Source: Squalus acanthias
Taxonomy: Eukaryota
DNA: 64,000 bases
NCBI GenBank assembly: GCA_030390025.1
Contig: CM059432.1
Location: 9,486,001 to 9,550,000 of the forward strand
Reading direction: 5' to 3'
Below the pieces are notes generated by a model. The model made no database searches. It had not been told where the DNA came from and saw nothing but the letters and a program-made list of their open reading frames with translations. The translations under genes were made by a program, and so were the position numbers. This document shows, piece by piece, positions 11,846 through 24,995 of the stretch. The first letter of the stretch is position 1, and every line of letters starts with the position of its first letter.

Positions 11846-12614
11846 GGCCCTGAATTTGTGGTCGGAGGCTTCCGGCGGGAGATGTCTCCGATCCGCAAAT
11901 AAAATACCCGCGTACCTGGGGGTCCGGGAGGTACGGAGACTCGCGGTCCTGGGCCTCTCCGGGTACGCGCGGGTAGAGGTCCGCAGATCTCAGGGTCGCA
12001 GGCGGTTCGCAAACGCCCCTGGGATCACATGGGCCGGCCCAACCAATAAAAGAAGAGAATCCCCATTCATACTTATGGGGATTCTGTACATACGGAATCC
12101 CCATAAGTATGAATGGGAATACCCTAAAAAATACACCTAGACATCAAATAAATAAAATAAAAATTACATATTTAAAATTAACTAAAATGGCATTTAGTTA
12201 AATATTTAAAACAAAAATTTAACTTTTTGAAAAATAAATTTACATGTTTTAACGGGGCCAAAAATAAACTTACCTTATTGCACAGGTTTTTTAATGTATA
12301 ACTGATTGATAACATTTTATTTTTATGTTTTTTTAAACTTTTACGCTGGTAAAAAGCAAGCTCTACCCCTGCTTTTACCGGGCGTAAGAATTTCACGGGC
12401 ATTCGCCGGGCAGAAGTTTGGCAAATATCGCAACTCTCAGCCCGCGGATGCCCTTGTCCCGGGGATGCGGAGGATTTGTCAAGAGGATTCTTGACAGATC
12501 GCAAGTTCCGGGTTTTCGTGCACACGCTTCGCATGCCTAAACCCGGAACTTGCGCGGCCCTTACGGGTGGGTGCGCACCTCGTACGCACCCGTAGGGGTC
12601 GCAAAATACGGCCC
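11846..12614. mobile_element. MITE with GGCC termini (Harbinger-like, third family)
   Basis: Similar along its length to the reverse complement of 52558-53304. GC-rich ends with an AT-rich core; flanks ATA/ATT. Confidence 0.75.
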
Positions 12615-12656
12615 ATTGTCGAGCAGCCACCCGATTCTGTGCTTTTGTCAACAACA

Positions 12657-13045
12657 GATGGTTAAGGGGAGATTTAATGGAGGTGTTCAAAATCATGAAG
12701 GGTTTTGATAGAGTAAATAAGGAGAAACTGTTTCCAGTGGCAGGAGGGTCGGTAATCAAAGGGCACAGATTTAAGGTGATTGGCAAAAGTACCAGGGGTG
12801 ACATGAAGAAACATTTTTTAACACAGTGAGTTGTTGTGATCTGGAATACGCTGCCTGAAAGGGCGGTGGAAGCAGATTCAGTAATAACTTTCAAAAGTGA
12901 ATTGGATAAATAATTGAAGGAGAAAAAATTGCAGGGCTGTGGGGAAAGAACGGGGGAGTGGGACTCATTGGGCAGCTCTACCAAAGAGCCGGCACAGGCA
13001 CGATGGGCCCAATGGCCTCCTTCTGTGCCGTATGGTTCTGTGAAT
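12657..13045 (+). mobile_element. CR1 LINE 3' fragment
   Basis: Nucleotide similarity to the other CR1 3' ends, including the 3' stem-loop. Confidence 0.8.
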
Positions 13046-13194
13046 TATCTCAGTCCATGTGATGATAAAAAATTGCAGGCAGCATGCATGGGGAAAGGAG
13101 CCTGTTGAATGGATTGCATGCTGAGAAAACAGCTAAAGAGACTACAGATGGTATTTGGCGAAAAATGGAGAGAAAGAAGGCAGGGTTTATCCTG

Positions 13195-13495
13195 TTATTC
13201 GGGTCCTAACTCGCACCAAGTCCCGTTTACCCATCACCCCAGTGCTCGCTGACCTACGTTGGCTCCCGGTTAAGCAAGGCCTCAATTTAAAAATTCTCAT
13301 CCTTGTGTTCAAATCCCTCCATGGCCTCGCCCCCCTTCCTATCTCTGTAACCTCCTCCGCCCCTACAACCCTCCGAGATCTCTGCGCTCCTCCAATTCTG
13401 GCCTCTTGCGCATCCCCGATTTTAATCGCTCCACCACTGGCGGCCGTGCCTTCAGCTGCTGAGGCCCTAAGCTCTGGAATTCCCTCCCTAAACCT
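13195..13495 (+). mobile_element. L2-clade LINE 3' fragment
   Basis: PITPVLADLRWLPVKQ..KILILVFKSLHGLAP. Confidence 0.85.
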
Positions 13496-14369
13496 AACAG
13501 TATTTCCTTGTAAACCCCTTTTAGTTAGAGTTTGATGGTGAGATCAGTCGCCTTGCAATACATGAAATACACTGCTCGAGTGCAGCAGATGATTTGAGAC
13601 TGAGTCATAGATTGAGTCACTCTCTGCAGTCATTCTGTACGGTTTCACTTTGAGTGAGAAGTCATCCTCTGCCAAGTCATCCTCTGCCCTGAGAAGCAAG
13701 CAATTTACAACCGAAGTCTCTCTTGCCAGAAGTTTTCATTCTGACTACATCTGCTTCTGAATGTGTTCATGTTTGGCCTGTTCTTAAATCAGAGCGGACG
13801 AAACATTTATCTTGGGTTCTGAAGGCCTTAACTAGCTGATATAGTGACTAACGGTGTCAGCGTTCCCGTTTTACTGCCCAACATGAACTGCATTTCAAAT
13901 CTGTCAAAATAAAAATCAATCAAGGGATCAGCCTCGATGGTTTTCCCATCGAGCTTGACGCAAATAATGTTTAATTTGAGTGATATGTCCTTGTAAAAAC
14001 CCTTTTACTTAGAGTTTATTTGCGAGAGCAATAGCCTTAAAGTGCATGTACTCACCCAACCTTCGCCCGCGCATTGCAACTCCACACAAATTCTGTTTGT
14101 GTGGCGGAGTTTATACTACAAATGAAATCTGATGCAGTAAAGCCTACTCCTGCTCCATATTGTTCAGCAGTGTGATTTCCATTTCAATGCGGGTCACATT
14201 CGGGCAAGGGCCTACAGTAAAAAGACTGTTGTCAAAGTCACCCGTGAGACTTGCCAATAATGAGTGTTGGAAACTAATAAAATTCCTCCTGATTGTAACA
14301 GCTATGGCCGGATATGTACTGTTCCCACATTGTAGCGCTGTAAATAAACTGATCACTTATAGAGTCAAA

Positions 14370-15244
14370 GGCCGGAATTTTGCCGGCGCTCAGGGGGCGG
14401 GTTTGGAGACGGGACCGCTGTCAAAATCGCAAATATTGACAGCGGGCGGGAAACCCGCTGTCAACCCGCCTCCAAGCAATCTTCCCGAGTGTTGGGTCCT
14501 CGATTTGCACGTGGACCCGACACCTAGCGGCGGGAAGAGGATTATAGCCACTTACCTGCCTGTTAACAGGTACTTGATACTTGTTAACAGGCTCTTTTTC
14601 AATTTTGCCGCTTCTGCCTCGGGTTCCCCGATGTCCGGACACCACGCCAGGTAAGTGTGGCGTGTTGTGAGTCTGCTGTAGTGTTTCTGCATTGATGACA
14701 GCTGCAGAAGTGGGGTGAAGGATCCAATGCTGCATTGGTGAGTTTCAGAGGTAACAAAATGTTGGGAAAATCATTTTTAATGCACTTACACTTTTCTGTA
14801 TGTAACAAGTTTTGAATTGGATGTCTAGTCCCACCTCATTGGGAGAACCTCTCTCACCAGCGACAGATTGCTTCTGTAACCTCCCCTGCAGCTGCCATCT
14901 GTTCTAGCCTAAGGAGGGAGTCACTGGAGAGCCTGGGTGCAAGAGCTCACCTTTGTACAGTGATTGTCAGTGTTTGCAGCACCTCAATGCTGTCAAACAA
15001 TGAGAAATGAGCTGTCAAACAAATTTGTGCGTGGTCCCTTTAAGAAAACCGGCAGATGATGCGTCGTTAAATGACGTCATCTGACCGGCTTCCTCTTAAT
15101 TGGCCGGCAAGCCTGCAGGGCGGGCTTAACAAGGTCAATCAGGGGAAAATGACATCCGTGAGCCGGATGTAGTTGGGGGCTGGACTGGAATCCAGAAACC
15201 AGCTGACCCGCTCCCAAGCCACACCCATTTACAAAATCGCGGCC
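14370..15244. mobile_element. Internally deleted Harbinger-type element (second family)
   Basis: Ends GGCCGGAATTTT and AAAATCGCGGCC; flanks AAA/ATA (imperfect TSD). Both ends and a Myb-gene remnant (about 14840-15000) are similar to the reverse complement of 42063-44662. Confidence 0.8.
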
Positions 15245-16020
15245 ATAGAGTCATAACGGCACAGAAGGAGGCCATTCGGCCCATCGAGTCTGTGCCGGCT
15301 CTGTGCAGAGCAATCCAGTCAGTCCCACTCACCCGCGCTATCCCCGTAGCCCTGCAAGTTTATTTCCCTCAAGTGCCTATCCAGTCTCCCCTTGAAAACA
15401 TTGAGTGTCTCCGCTTCCACCACTTTCGTCGGCAGCGAGTTCCAGGTCCTCACCACTCGCTGCGTAAAAAAGTTTTTCCTCACTTCCCCACTGTATCTCT
15501 TGCCCAAACCTTAAATCTGTGTCCCCCTAGTCCTTGTACCATCAACTAGTGGGAACAACCTTTCCCCCTCTAGCCAATCCAAACCCGTCATAATCTTGTA
15601 CACCTCTATCAAAATCACCCCTCAACCTCCTTTGCTCCAATGAAAACAAATCCAGCTTCTCCAACCTGTCCTTGTAGGTAAGATCCCCCATCCCCAGAAC
15701 CATTCTGGTAAATCTCCTCAGCACCCTCTCAAGGGCCTTCACATCCTTCCTAAAGTGTGGTGACCAGAACTGGAATCAATACTCCAGTTGTGGCCTAACC
15801 AGCGCTTTATAAAGGTTCAGCATAACTTCTCTACTTTTGTACTCAATACCTCTATTTATGAAGCCCAAGATCCCATATGCTTTGCTAACCACTCTCTCAA
15901 TATGTCCCGCCACCTTCAGGGACCTATGCACATCAACTCCCAGGTCCCTCTGTCCCTGCACACTCTTTAAAACTGTGCCATTAAGTGTATATTGCCTCTC
16001 CCTGTTCCTTCTGCCAAAAT
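15245..16020 (-). mobile_element. 5'-truncated, frameshifted CR1 LINE
   Basis: RDLGVDVH...LYKALVRPQLEY; FFTQRVVRTWNSLP. Confidence 0.9.
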
Positions 16021-17139
16021 GTTCACAGAACAGATTGAAATACGAGTAAAATATCAACACTCACTGTAGGTAGAATCAAAGGCATCCTGATAGGCAGAGA
16101 GAAATTGATTGATTGCGGAGAGAGTGGGGCAGTGGGGAGAGAGAGAGGTTCTGTGGCAGTGTTGCAGGCCCAGAAATGTCTTTACTCCATTTTTAAAGTG
16201 CCATATGGGTGCAGAGAACGATCCCATCATGGACTCGTGGCAGGCGAGGCCTGTTCTCCATGTGGGACTCAGAGGCGCACTCCTGCTCCTCCTGGCCCCA
16301 CACGGAGCGTTAGCCTATTTATTTTGGGGCCCCAATCTGCTCACCCGTGTGGTTGGCCTGACTGAAAGCTCAGCTCCGCTCACTGCTCCGGCCACCTCGT
16401 AAAAATCGCAGGCAGGCCCCCGCCTACTCCATGATGTCATCAGGACCTGCCATGCATACATTAACCAGGACCCCGCCGCCGGCTTTGGGCAGCTGTCTCT
16501 GCCGCCTGCCCAGGAGAGCAGCTGAAAATGGGACCTGTCAGCCCCCGGTGGCTCCAGGGTGGGAAAGTAACTTGGATGATCTTAACTACTTACTGGCCGG
16601 GGAAGGTTGCAATTGTTCCCAGTATTCCACGACTGCATTGACGCGACAACTTGCATTTATATAGCGCCTTCAACATAGTAAAACGTTCCAAGGGGGCTTC
16701 ACAGGAGCAATTATCAAACAAAACTTGACACCGAGCCACACAAAAGGAGATATTAGGATAGGCTTGGTCAAAGAGGTAGGTTTTAAGGAGGAGAGAGAGG
16801 CGGAGAGGCGGAGAGGTTTAAGGAGTGAATCGATACAAGATATAAGATGAGGCACCGAGCCAGACTGTCTACACCCATCATTGTGTCACTAACCATCTCT
16901 GTAGGCCCTGGTAAAGACCGAGGGCAACTACCTCCGCAGGCACTGAGTCAGCAGGGAGTCAATTGCAGGGATGTGCCTATCAGCTGCCAGGGTGCCTACA
17001 GCCAACTAACATCATCGGAACGGCACTGCCAGTGGCAGACGAGGACATCTCAAGGGCCATCTTTGACTTCCGCCCGATATGGTCGCATCGGCGCTGCCCA
17101 CCCGCCGCCGGCCTCGGGAGACCCGAACCATTGTTGCTT

Positions 17140-17702
17140 TACATAGATACATAGATACATAGATACATAGAAGATAGGAGCAGGAGTAGGCCATCCGGCC
17201 CTTCGAGCCTGCTCCGCCATTTAATGAGATCATGGCTGATCCTTCAATTCAGTATCCCGTCCCCGCCTTCTCTCCGTAACCCTTAACCCCTTTTGCCTGT
17301 AGAAATATATCTAATTCCCTCTTAAATATATTTAATGAGCTGGCGTACACTGCCCTCTGTGGCAATGAGTTCCACAGGTTCACCACTCTCTGAGTGAAGA
17401 AATTCCCCCTCATTTCTGTCCTAAATGGTTTAGCCCTTATCCTTAAATTATGTCCTCTAGTTCTGTTCTCACCCGCCAAGGGAAACATTCCTTCTGCATC
17501 TAATCTGTCTAGACCTGTCAGAATTTTATACACTTCTATGAGGTCCCCTCTCAATCTTCTAAACTCCAGTGTGTACATCCCTAAACTACATAGTCTCTCC
17601 TCATAGGTCAATCCCGCCATTCCTGGTATCAGCCTGGTGAATCGCCGCTGCACCCCCTCCATGGCAAGAACATCTTTCCTCAGATGAGGCGACCAAAACT
17701 GG
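17140..17702 (-). mobile_element. 5'-truncated CR1 LINE
   Basis: QFWSPHLRKD...WNSLPQRAV; the (ACATAGAT)n tail is visible on +. Confidence 0.9.
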
Positions 17703-18740
17703 ACCCCGTTTGATGATAAGCTGCAGGAACCAAATGGGCACCTTGCTGCGTATCGCCTGCTGTGGGTGGGCAGGAAATTGGCCAACTCCCAACAGGTTGG
17801 GCCTTGGATGGGTGGGGTGGGGGGGCTAGGAAGTGTTTGCAATCCCGGGGGGGGGTGGTTGGAAGTGGACCGGAGTGTTTTGGTTGGCCCAGCAGAAGCG
17901 CTCCTGCTCCTCCGAGACCCACCAAAAAAAAATTGGAAATTTCCTGGGCCGTTTCTTGAGCGGCCTCCAGCGGTTCCTTTAATGACCGTTGGTTAGGCTG
18001 CTCAACTCTTGGTACAAATGGGTGGAGCATCGCACCACTGGCACTGACCATTTGTACCTGAAGATTGTAATCGGGGTCCTACAACCGATGTAGAACCCCC
18101 CGATTGGTATATTCCAGATGGGCAGCTGTTTGCCCATTTACAGGCCTACCTGAAAATTGTAGGCCTTGGACATCAATGAGATGGACATGGTGCACCCCCC
18201 CCTCACCCTCTCCCCCCCCACCTTCCTCCACCTCCCTCCTGCCCACCCCATGATTTTCATCTGCCAACCATCCATTTTTCAGGCAGCCAGCAGTTGAAAA
18301 ACCGCCCTCGTCCTCTCTGAACCTTTCCGCTGTTGTCTCCTTCCAGGCTAGCAAAAAAAATCTGAACAAGCCAAAAAAAAGAACAAGGCAGGTCAAAAAT
18401 CCTCCCCATGCCCGGCTGGACAATTGTGGCTTTGTTTTCCCCAGAGCCAAGGAATTTCAGGGCTGTTAACTGCTTCCAGTACTCTGTTGACTTTCAGAAT
18501 TGGGCAGCATGCAACATTAAACTAACATTGTCAGAGCAATTATCTTGAGTTATCTTCACAGCAGGTGGCCTTGCCAGCTGGGAGCCAATATCAGGAATTT
18601 GGGCATGCGCTGTGTGTTTGGCAAATGGTCAGTAAATCGCCCTGGAGCCTCCAGGAATTACAGATTGATCTCCTGGGCACTGCTTCCAGCAAGCCTGGAG
18701 AAAAATCATTGGGGTGTTAAAATAATTTTTTTTCCCATTT

Positions 18741-19452
18741 AAGAACATAAGAAATAGGAGCAGGAGTAGGCCATTCGGCCCTTCGAGCCTGCTCCGCCAT
18801 TCAATGAGATCATGGCTGATCTTCTACCTCAACTCCATTCACCGGCCCTATCGCCATATCCCTTGATGCCCTTACTAGTCAGAAATCTATCGACTCCTGT
18901 TTTGAATATACCCAATGACTGAGCCTCCACAGCCCTCTGGGGTAGGGAATTCCAAAGATTCACCACCCTCTGTGTGAAGAAATTTCTTCTCATCTCAGTC
19001 CTGAATGGCCTACCCTTTATCCTGAGGCTGTGGCCCCTGGTTCTAGACTCCCCGAGCCAAGGGAAACATTCTCCCAGCATCCACCCTATCAAGTCCTGTA
19101 ATAATTTTGTATGCTTCAATGAGATCCCCTCTCATTCTTCTGAATTCAAGAGAATACAGGCCTAGTTTACTCAATCTCTTCTTATACGACAGTCCCGCCA
19201 TCCCAGGAATCAATCTGGTGAACCTTCGTTGCACTCCCTCTATGGCAAGTATATCCTTCCTTAGGTAAGGAGACCAAAATTGTACACAGTACTCCAGGTG
19301 TGATCTCACCAAGGCCCTATATAATTGGAGTAAGACTTCTTTACTCCTGTACTCAAATCCTCTTGTAATGAAGGCCAGTATACCATTTGCCTTCCTAATG
19401 GCTTGCTGCACCTGCACATTCACTTTCAGTGACTCATGTACAAGGACACCCT
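18741..19452 (-). mobile_element. 5'-truncated CR1 LINE, near-identical to 53902-54725
   Basis: ORF2 C-terminal translations and direct comparison of the two copies. Confidence 0.92.
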
Positions 19453-19554
19453 TTGAACACTTTCATTCATCAGTTACACTAATATTGGAGGTCGGGGCGG
19501 CAAAGCCTCGTTGACTGACAGTCAAAAATCCTCCAGTCGGGTAATGGTGAGTCT

Positions 19555-20015
19555 ACATAAGAACATAAGAAATAGGAGCAGGAATAGGCCACTTGGCTCC
19601 TTGAGCCAGCTCCGCCATTCAATAATATCATGGCTGATCTGATCTTGGGCTCAAAGCCACTTCCCTGCCCGCTCCCCATAACCCTTCACTCCCTTATCTT
19701 GCAAAAATCTGTCTATCTCCACCTTAAATGTATTTAATGACCCAGCCTCCACAGCTCTCTGGGGCAGAGAATTCCACAGATTTACGACCCTCTGAGAGAA
19801 GAAATTCCTCCTCACCTCAGTTCTAAAAGGGCGACCCTTTATTCTGAAACTGTGCCCCCGCGTTCTAGATTTCCCCACGAGGGGAAACATCCTCTCTGCA
19901 TCTACCTTGTCGAGCCCCCTCAGTATCATATATGTTTCAATAAGATCACCTCTCATTCTTCTAAATTCCAATGAGTATAGGCCCAGCCTGCTCAACCTTT
20001 CTTCATAAGTCAACC
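19555..20015 (-). mobile_element. 5'-truncated CR1 LINE
   Basis: YEERLSRLGLYSLEFRRMRGDLIE... Confidence 0.9.
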
Positions 20016-20514
20016 CCGTTGACTCTATTCGCTTTCCGATTGGTACGTGGGAATAATGGACGTGTTGGGCGACCAATGGCAGGAGGGCCATGTGATGATA
20101 CCTCCAGGAATATGCCCAACAGAGTTGGCAACCCGCTCAGGAATTCCATAACTTACAACACGCGCAGCCAACAGGTGAAGCTCCCCAGCAGGAAAGCAAA
20201 GTCGATAAATTGCCCCTTTCCAATTGAAACATGCACTGTGCGCAGGAGAAAGCATAGAATCACAGAACCATAAGCGAGTCATAAAACAGAAGCAAAATTG
20301 TGTTGTTTTTTTTTTTAGGAACAATACAAGGCCAACAGGCCCAAAAAATCTCATTCAATTTTGACAGTTCAATCCACTTATCTGACTTATCACCATATGT
20401 CTCGTACTCTTCATTCTCCAGAAACACATCTGATTGCTATCTTCAGCCAATTTCTACCACCTGCTTCAATAGCCTTCTTTGGTCGTTTATTTCATACAAT
20501 AGCTTTTGTATCAA

Positions 20515-20905
20515 CCACAACAACTTACATTTATATAGCGCCTTTAACATCGCAGGAGTGCACAATTTGACACCGAGTCACATAAGGAGATATTCGGACA
20601 GGTGACCAAAAGCTTGGTCAAAGAGGTAGGTTTTAAGGAGCATCTTAAAGGAGGAGAGGGACATAGAGAGGTGGAGAGGTTTAGGGAGGGAGTTCCTGAG
20701 CATAGGGCCTTGGCAGCTGAAGGCACGGCCGCCAATGGTGGAGCGATTAAAATCAGGGATGCTCAAGAGGCCAGCATTAGAGGAGCGCAGAGATCTCGAA
20801 GGGTTGTGGGGCTGGAGGGGTTACAGAGATAGGGAGGGGCGAGGCCATGGAGGGATTTGAACACAAAGTTGAGAATTTTAAAATAGAGCCACTGCAAGTC
20901 AGCGA
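20515..20905 (-). mobile_element. L2-clade LINE 3' fragment
   Basis: GGRAFSC..P.L.NSLP...FK.LLKTYLF; tail GGCGCTATATAAATGTAAG(TTG)n. Confidence 0.85.
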
Positions 20906-21221
20906 GCGTATCTAACCATTCTGCCTGACTTCCTATCTTGTTCCTAACTTCCTACTTTTTAAACTTGTGCCGGATGATATTTGAACTCTTCACCATACTG
21001 AACAATCTTCCTGAATTAATATTGTCAATTCCCTTCATAATCTTGAAAGCTTCCTCAACTATTTCTCATCCATTCCTGATGGCATGCAGAACTATCTTTA
21101 TTGCACGTTCCGAAGGGTAATAATATCTCTGTGATAAGCAGACTGGGAACATTTCTTTGGGGGGGGAGGGGGGTTAAAGTTGACATTCCTTGTCCTCATT
21201 TTCTGGCTGCCACCAGCCTTT

Positions 21222-21770
21222 TTTTTAATTTGTTCCTGGGATGTGGGCGTCACTGGCAAGGCCAGTATTTATTGCCCATCCCTAGTTGCCCTCTTGAACC
21301 GCTGCAGTCTGTGTGGTGAAGGTACTCCCACAGTGCTGTTAGGTAGGGAGTTCCAGGATTTTGACCCAGCGACGATGAAGGATCGGTGATATACTTCTAA
21401 GTCAGGATGGTGTGTGACTTGGAGGGAAACTTGGAGGTGGTGGTGTTCCCCATGCGCCTGCTGCCCTTCTCCTTCGAGGTGGAAGAGCTCGTGGGTTTGT
21501 GAGGTGCTGCCGAAGAAGCCTTGGCGAGTTGCTGCAGTGCACCTTGTAGATGGTACACACTGCAGCCACGGTACGCCGGTGGTGGAGGGAGTGCATGTTT
21601 AAGGTGGTGGATGGGGTGCCAATCAAGCGGGCTGCTTTGTCCTGGATGGTGTCGAGCTTCTTGAGTGTTGATGGAGCTGCACTCATCCAGGCAAGTGGAG
21701 AGTATTCCATCACACTCCTTACTTGTGCCTTGTAGATGGTGGAAAGGCTTTGGGGAGTCAGGAGGTGACT
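21222..21770 (-). mobile_element. 3' fragment of a distinct CR1/L2-group LINE
   Basis: MEYSPLAWMSAA...LDTIQDKAARLIG...SLHHRR; same family as 60262-61225. Confidence 0.8.
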
Positions 21771-22198
21771 TTAAGGGACTTTGGATTTAATGGTGAAGAT
21801 TTAAAGCTATAATTGAAAGATTTGATACAGGGGGTAGACTAACTCTGATGTGGGATTATTGCAGAGAAAACAGGGTCAGATAGCTAACAGCAAGAAAGGT
21901 TATAAATAGTTTTAGAAGCACTGGAAGTCAGCCAAAGTGCGGTGTTGTAACTGAGAAACCAGTAGGCGACAAGAGAGACAGTAACCACAAGTGACAACGT
22001 TGAAAATTAATGTATAATCTATCATTTCAAAACCTGTATGTACTGCCCCTCTACAGTGAGAGTGATATTGTGCTCTGGTTTGTGCTGTGATTAAATTCCC
22101 TTCAGTTCAGTTCCGCAAAGGCTAGCAGAATTCAATTTAGTCAACAAAACCTTCATTCTCACACCTCAGCAGAAGATTTTCCATTTGCCCGGTCTTAC

Positions 22199-22386
22199 CT
22201 TCTGAAGAGCGATGATCCCCTCCTGCGTCTCCTTGTCAGTCGAAATTTTGAGAACGGCAAGGCCATCTCCATCAACGATCCTGTATTCCATTTCAGCGTT
22301 TGGACCAATGTCGGCATCGAGAGCTTTTATCTTAGCAATGGTTGAAGCCACAGGCAAAGATTCAGGCACGTTGTACTGATAAAACC
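22199..22386 (-). CDS. cdh7: Cadherin-7-like coding exon (EC3, N-terminal part), 188 bp
   Basis: ctcgcag|GG TTT TAT CAG...CAG AAG|gtaaga. Translates (R)FYQYNVPESLPVASTIAKIKALDADIGPNAEMEYRIVDGDGLAVLKISTDKETQEGIIALQK. Phase 1/0, joining in frame with both neighbouring exons. The YQYNVPESLPVAS motif is CDH7-like. Confidence 0.93.
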
Positions 22387-22908
22387 CTGCGAGAAAGAAA
22401 GTTAAAAAACGTCATCCACCGAAAATCCACTGCACTCATTTCTTGCGCTGATGAGCGCTCAGGAAGGATGTAGAAATAATCTCGATTTTAACCCCAACAC
22501 GCCCAGCAGTTGCGGGGTGAGCGACGGAAACGAAGAAGGAACAAGACTTAAGAGTCATAGGGGGAAAAATTAGGTCGCGCCCCGTTTGGGGCGCAAATAT
22601 CGTCTGGACGCAAAAATTAGCGCCTGGTGCTAATTATCGCCACTGACTGGAAACTTCACTTTTACCGCCCCGGGAGGTGAGTGGAGCGCTAAATCAGGCG
22701 CTGCACACCTGTCTTAAGGCGCAAAGGCCGAGCAGTGAGGCGCTAACTCAGCGCGCGAGCGCAGCGCAGGTGCTGCCAGTTAGCGAGGGAACACAGACAC
22801 ACTGGTGCCGGCCAGTTCTTAAAGCGGGGGGGCCAACTTGCTCCCCAGCCACACCCTGCTCATTGCAGCCTTGAATCTCGGCCTGGAGAGACCTGTGAAT
22901 CCATTTTG

Positions 22909-24683
22909 ATGCCAAGGATGGAGAGGGTGAGAGAACGAGCTCAGCACTTCACCGAGCGGGCCTTGGATGCTCTGGTTGGCGCGGTGGAGTGCAGAAGATC
23001 TATACTCTTCCCTGAGAGTGGCAGGAGGCCTTTGCCACGCGAGTACAGAAGAGTGTGGAGGGAGGTGGCTCAGAGCGTCTCCTCCAGGAGCATGGTGCCC
23101 AGGACCCATGTTTAATGCCGCAAAAAGTTCAACGACCTCACTCGGGTCGTCAGGGTGAGTGGCTTTTTCTCAATACCTCTCCATCCCTCCATCTCAACCT
23201 CACTCTATGGCCAGAGGGTCTTAAAACCCCAATGCACAACACTCATCCAACACCTATGGCCCTTTCATGAAACACACACACACATTCCACACTTTGCATA
23301 CAGTAAGGGCTATTCACCTATGGGAGGCACATCAGGCAAGACCATGGCTGTATATTTACTCAGATGCTGTCCTTTTTCTTGCAGGCCAAGCTGGCGCATA
23401 ATAGGAGACAGCAGCAATGGACAGGTGGAGGGCGGCCTCAGCTGCAACCCCTCAGCGATCTTGAGGAGCGCGTCCACAGGATTGTGGCAAGCCGGGTGAT
23501 CGGTCCCGTCGCCACTGGAGACGCCGACCCCGTTCTGGACAGCAATGGTAAGGTCATCACCTTTTTGTCCTCTGTCCTTCCACTTGTCCCTCACAACACC
23601 AGCCTTTGACACTTTCAATCCAACTTGCTAACTCGCTGCACTTATTCCTCCCTTACTGCCACCCTGTCCTCACGCTAAAGCCACTCTTGTACCTCCCTGC
23701 TTTCAGATGGTGATTCACCAGCTGAGGAGACAGGCCCTGAAGCTGCCAGTGGGAGTGAAGCTGCAGCCGAGGAGGAAGAGGAAGCCGGAGCATCAGTGCC
23801 ACCCTCTCCCGAGGAAGCCCATGCCCACACTGGGAACACGCCTTCCCTGGAGGGGAGCAGGGGGGAAGGGTCTGATGAGGGTGAAGCTCCAGGACCCAGC
23901 GGGCTGCAGCAACGCCATGGGGGTAGGGAAGAACGGGAGCCTTCTCCCCAGAGGGAGAGTATGCCAGCGACTCCTACTGCAATGGACGCAGAGGAGGAGC
24001 GGCTGATCGCAGAAATGAACACCCAGGCGGTGGGCATGCACACTGAGCTCATGGGTGCAGTGGGAAGGGTGCCCGAATGCATTGAGTCACTGGCAAGGAG
24101 TGTGGAGCACTTCGCTGTAGCACAGGCGGATGCCACACTAATGCTTAGTGCTGCAATTCAGTCACTGACTGCCGTGATCCCATCTCTGACTGCTCTCATG
24201 CAGACTCAGATTGAGGCCACGCGAGCACTGACTGCTGCCAACCTCGATGGTTCGTTCACATGTCCCCGGGGCTCTCACCGCGCCGCAGCAGGCCAGCAAT
24301 CTGTGCTCCAGCAGATTGCTCCGGATGCTGAAGTGCTGCCCCGTGGGAGTGCCAGTGTGTCGGTCGAGCAGGGAGTTGCTGTCCTCTCTCACGATGACAG
24401 CATTCCTGCTGCCAACACTGTCACTTCTCCACTGCACTTGCCACCGCCTGTAGGACAGACTGCTGCCGCCCATGCAGAGTTGGTGCAGTCTGCAGCCGGG
24501 CCCTCCAGGCCCAGAACTGGTCGAGGCCGTCCTTCAGGGGCATCTGCAGTGTCAGGGTCTGACGAGCAGCAGCCTTCCACCAGCCTTGCTGCAGCCACTG
24601 AGGTCCCATTACGGAGGAGCAGTAGGGTTAGAAGGGGGGAAGTGCGCAAGGGAAGGAGATCACCCTCGAAGGGCAAAAAGTAG
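22909..24683 (+). pseudogene. Harbinger Myb/SANT-like DNA-binding protein gene; exons 22909-23154, 23385-23547, 23707-24683; in-frame TAA at 23113-23115
   Basis: Exon 1 gives RAQHFTERALDALV...W.EVA..V...RTHV*CRKKFNDL (trihelix/Myb_DNA-bind_5 pattern). GT-AG introns have compatible phases 0 and 1. Exon 2 has the TGGG motif. Exon 3 has acidic and helical regions and a basic C-terminus. The spliced frame is 461 codons with one stop. Confidence 0.85.
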
Positions 24684-24995
24684 GAGGTGTGACAAAATGC
24701 TGGTCAGTTTTTTATTAAAGGCCGAGGTTCGTGGTCCAACTTTTGTCTAGTGTTTTGGACATTATCTCCAGGTTGTGAGAACCAGTTATGTTAATGACTG
24801 TTTTTTTGTGTTTATTTCTATGAGTTTGTCATGAGGAAATGACACACACAGAGTTTGTAAAATAAATAAGTTTTTGTATTCAAAATATACATGTTTGGTG
24901 TTTGGAATCATTGGTGCCTTGGCTGGCTTAGGGGTTGCGTGCTGGGTTCATTGATGTTGTTAGCAATGGCAGAAGCCATTTCCACAGCAGGGGCC

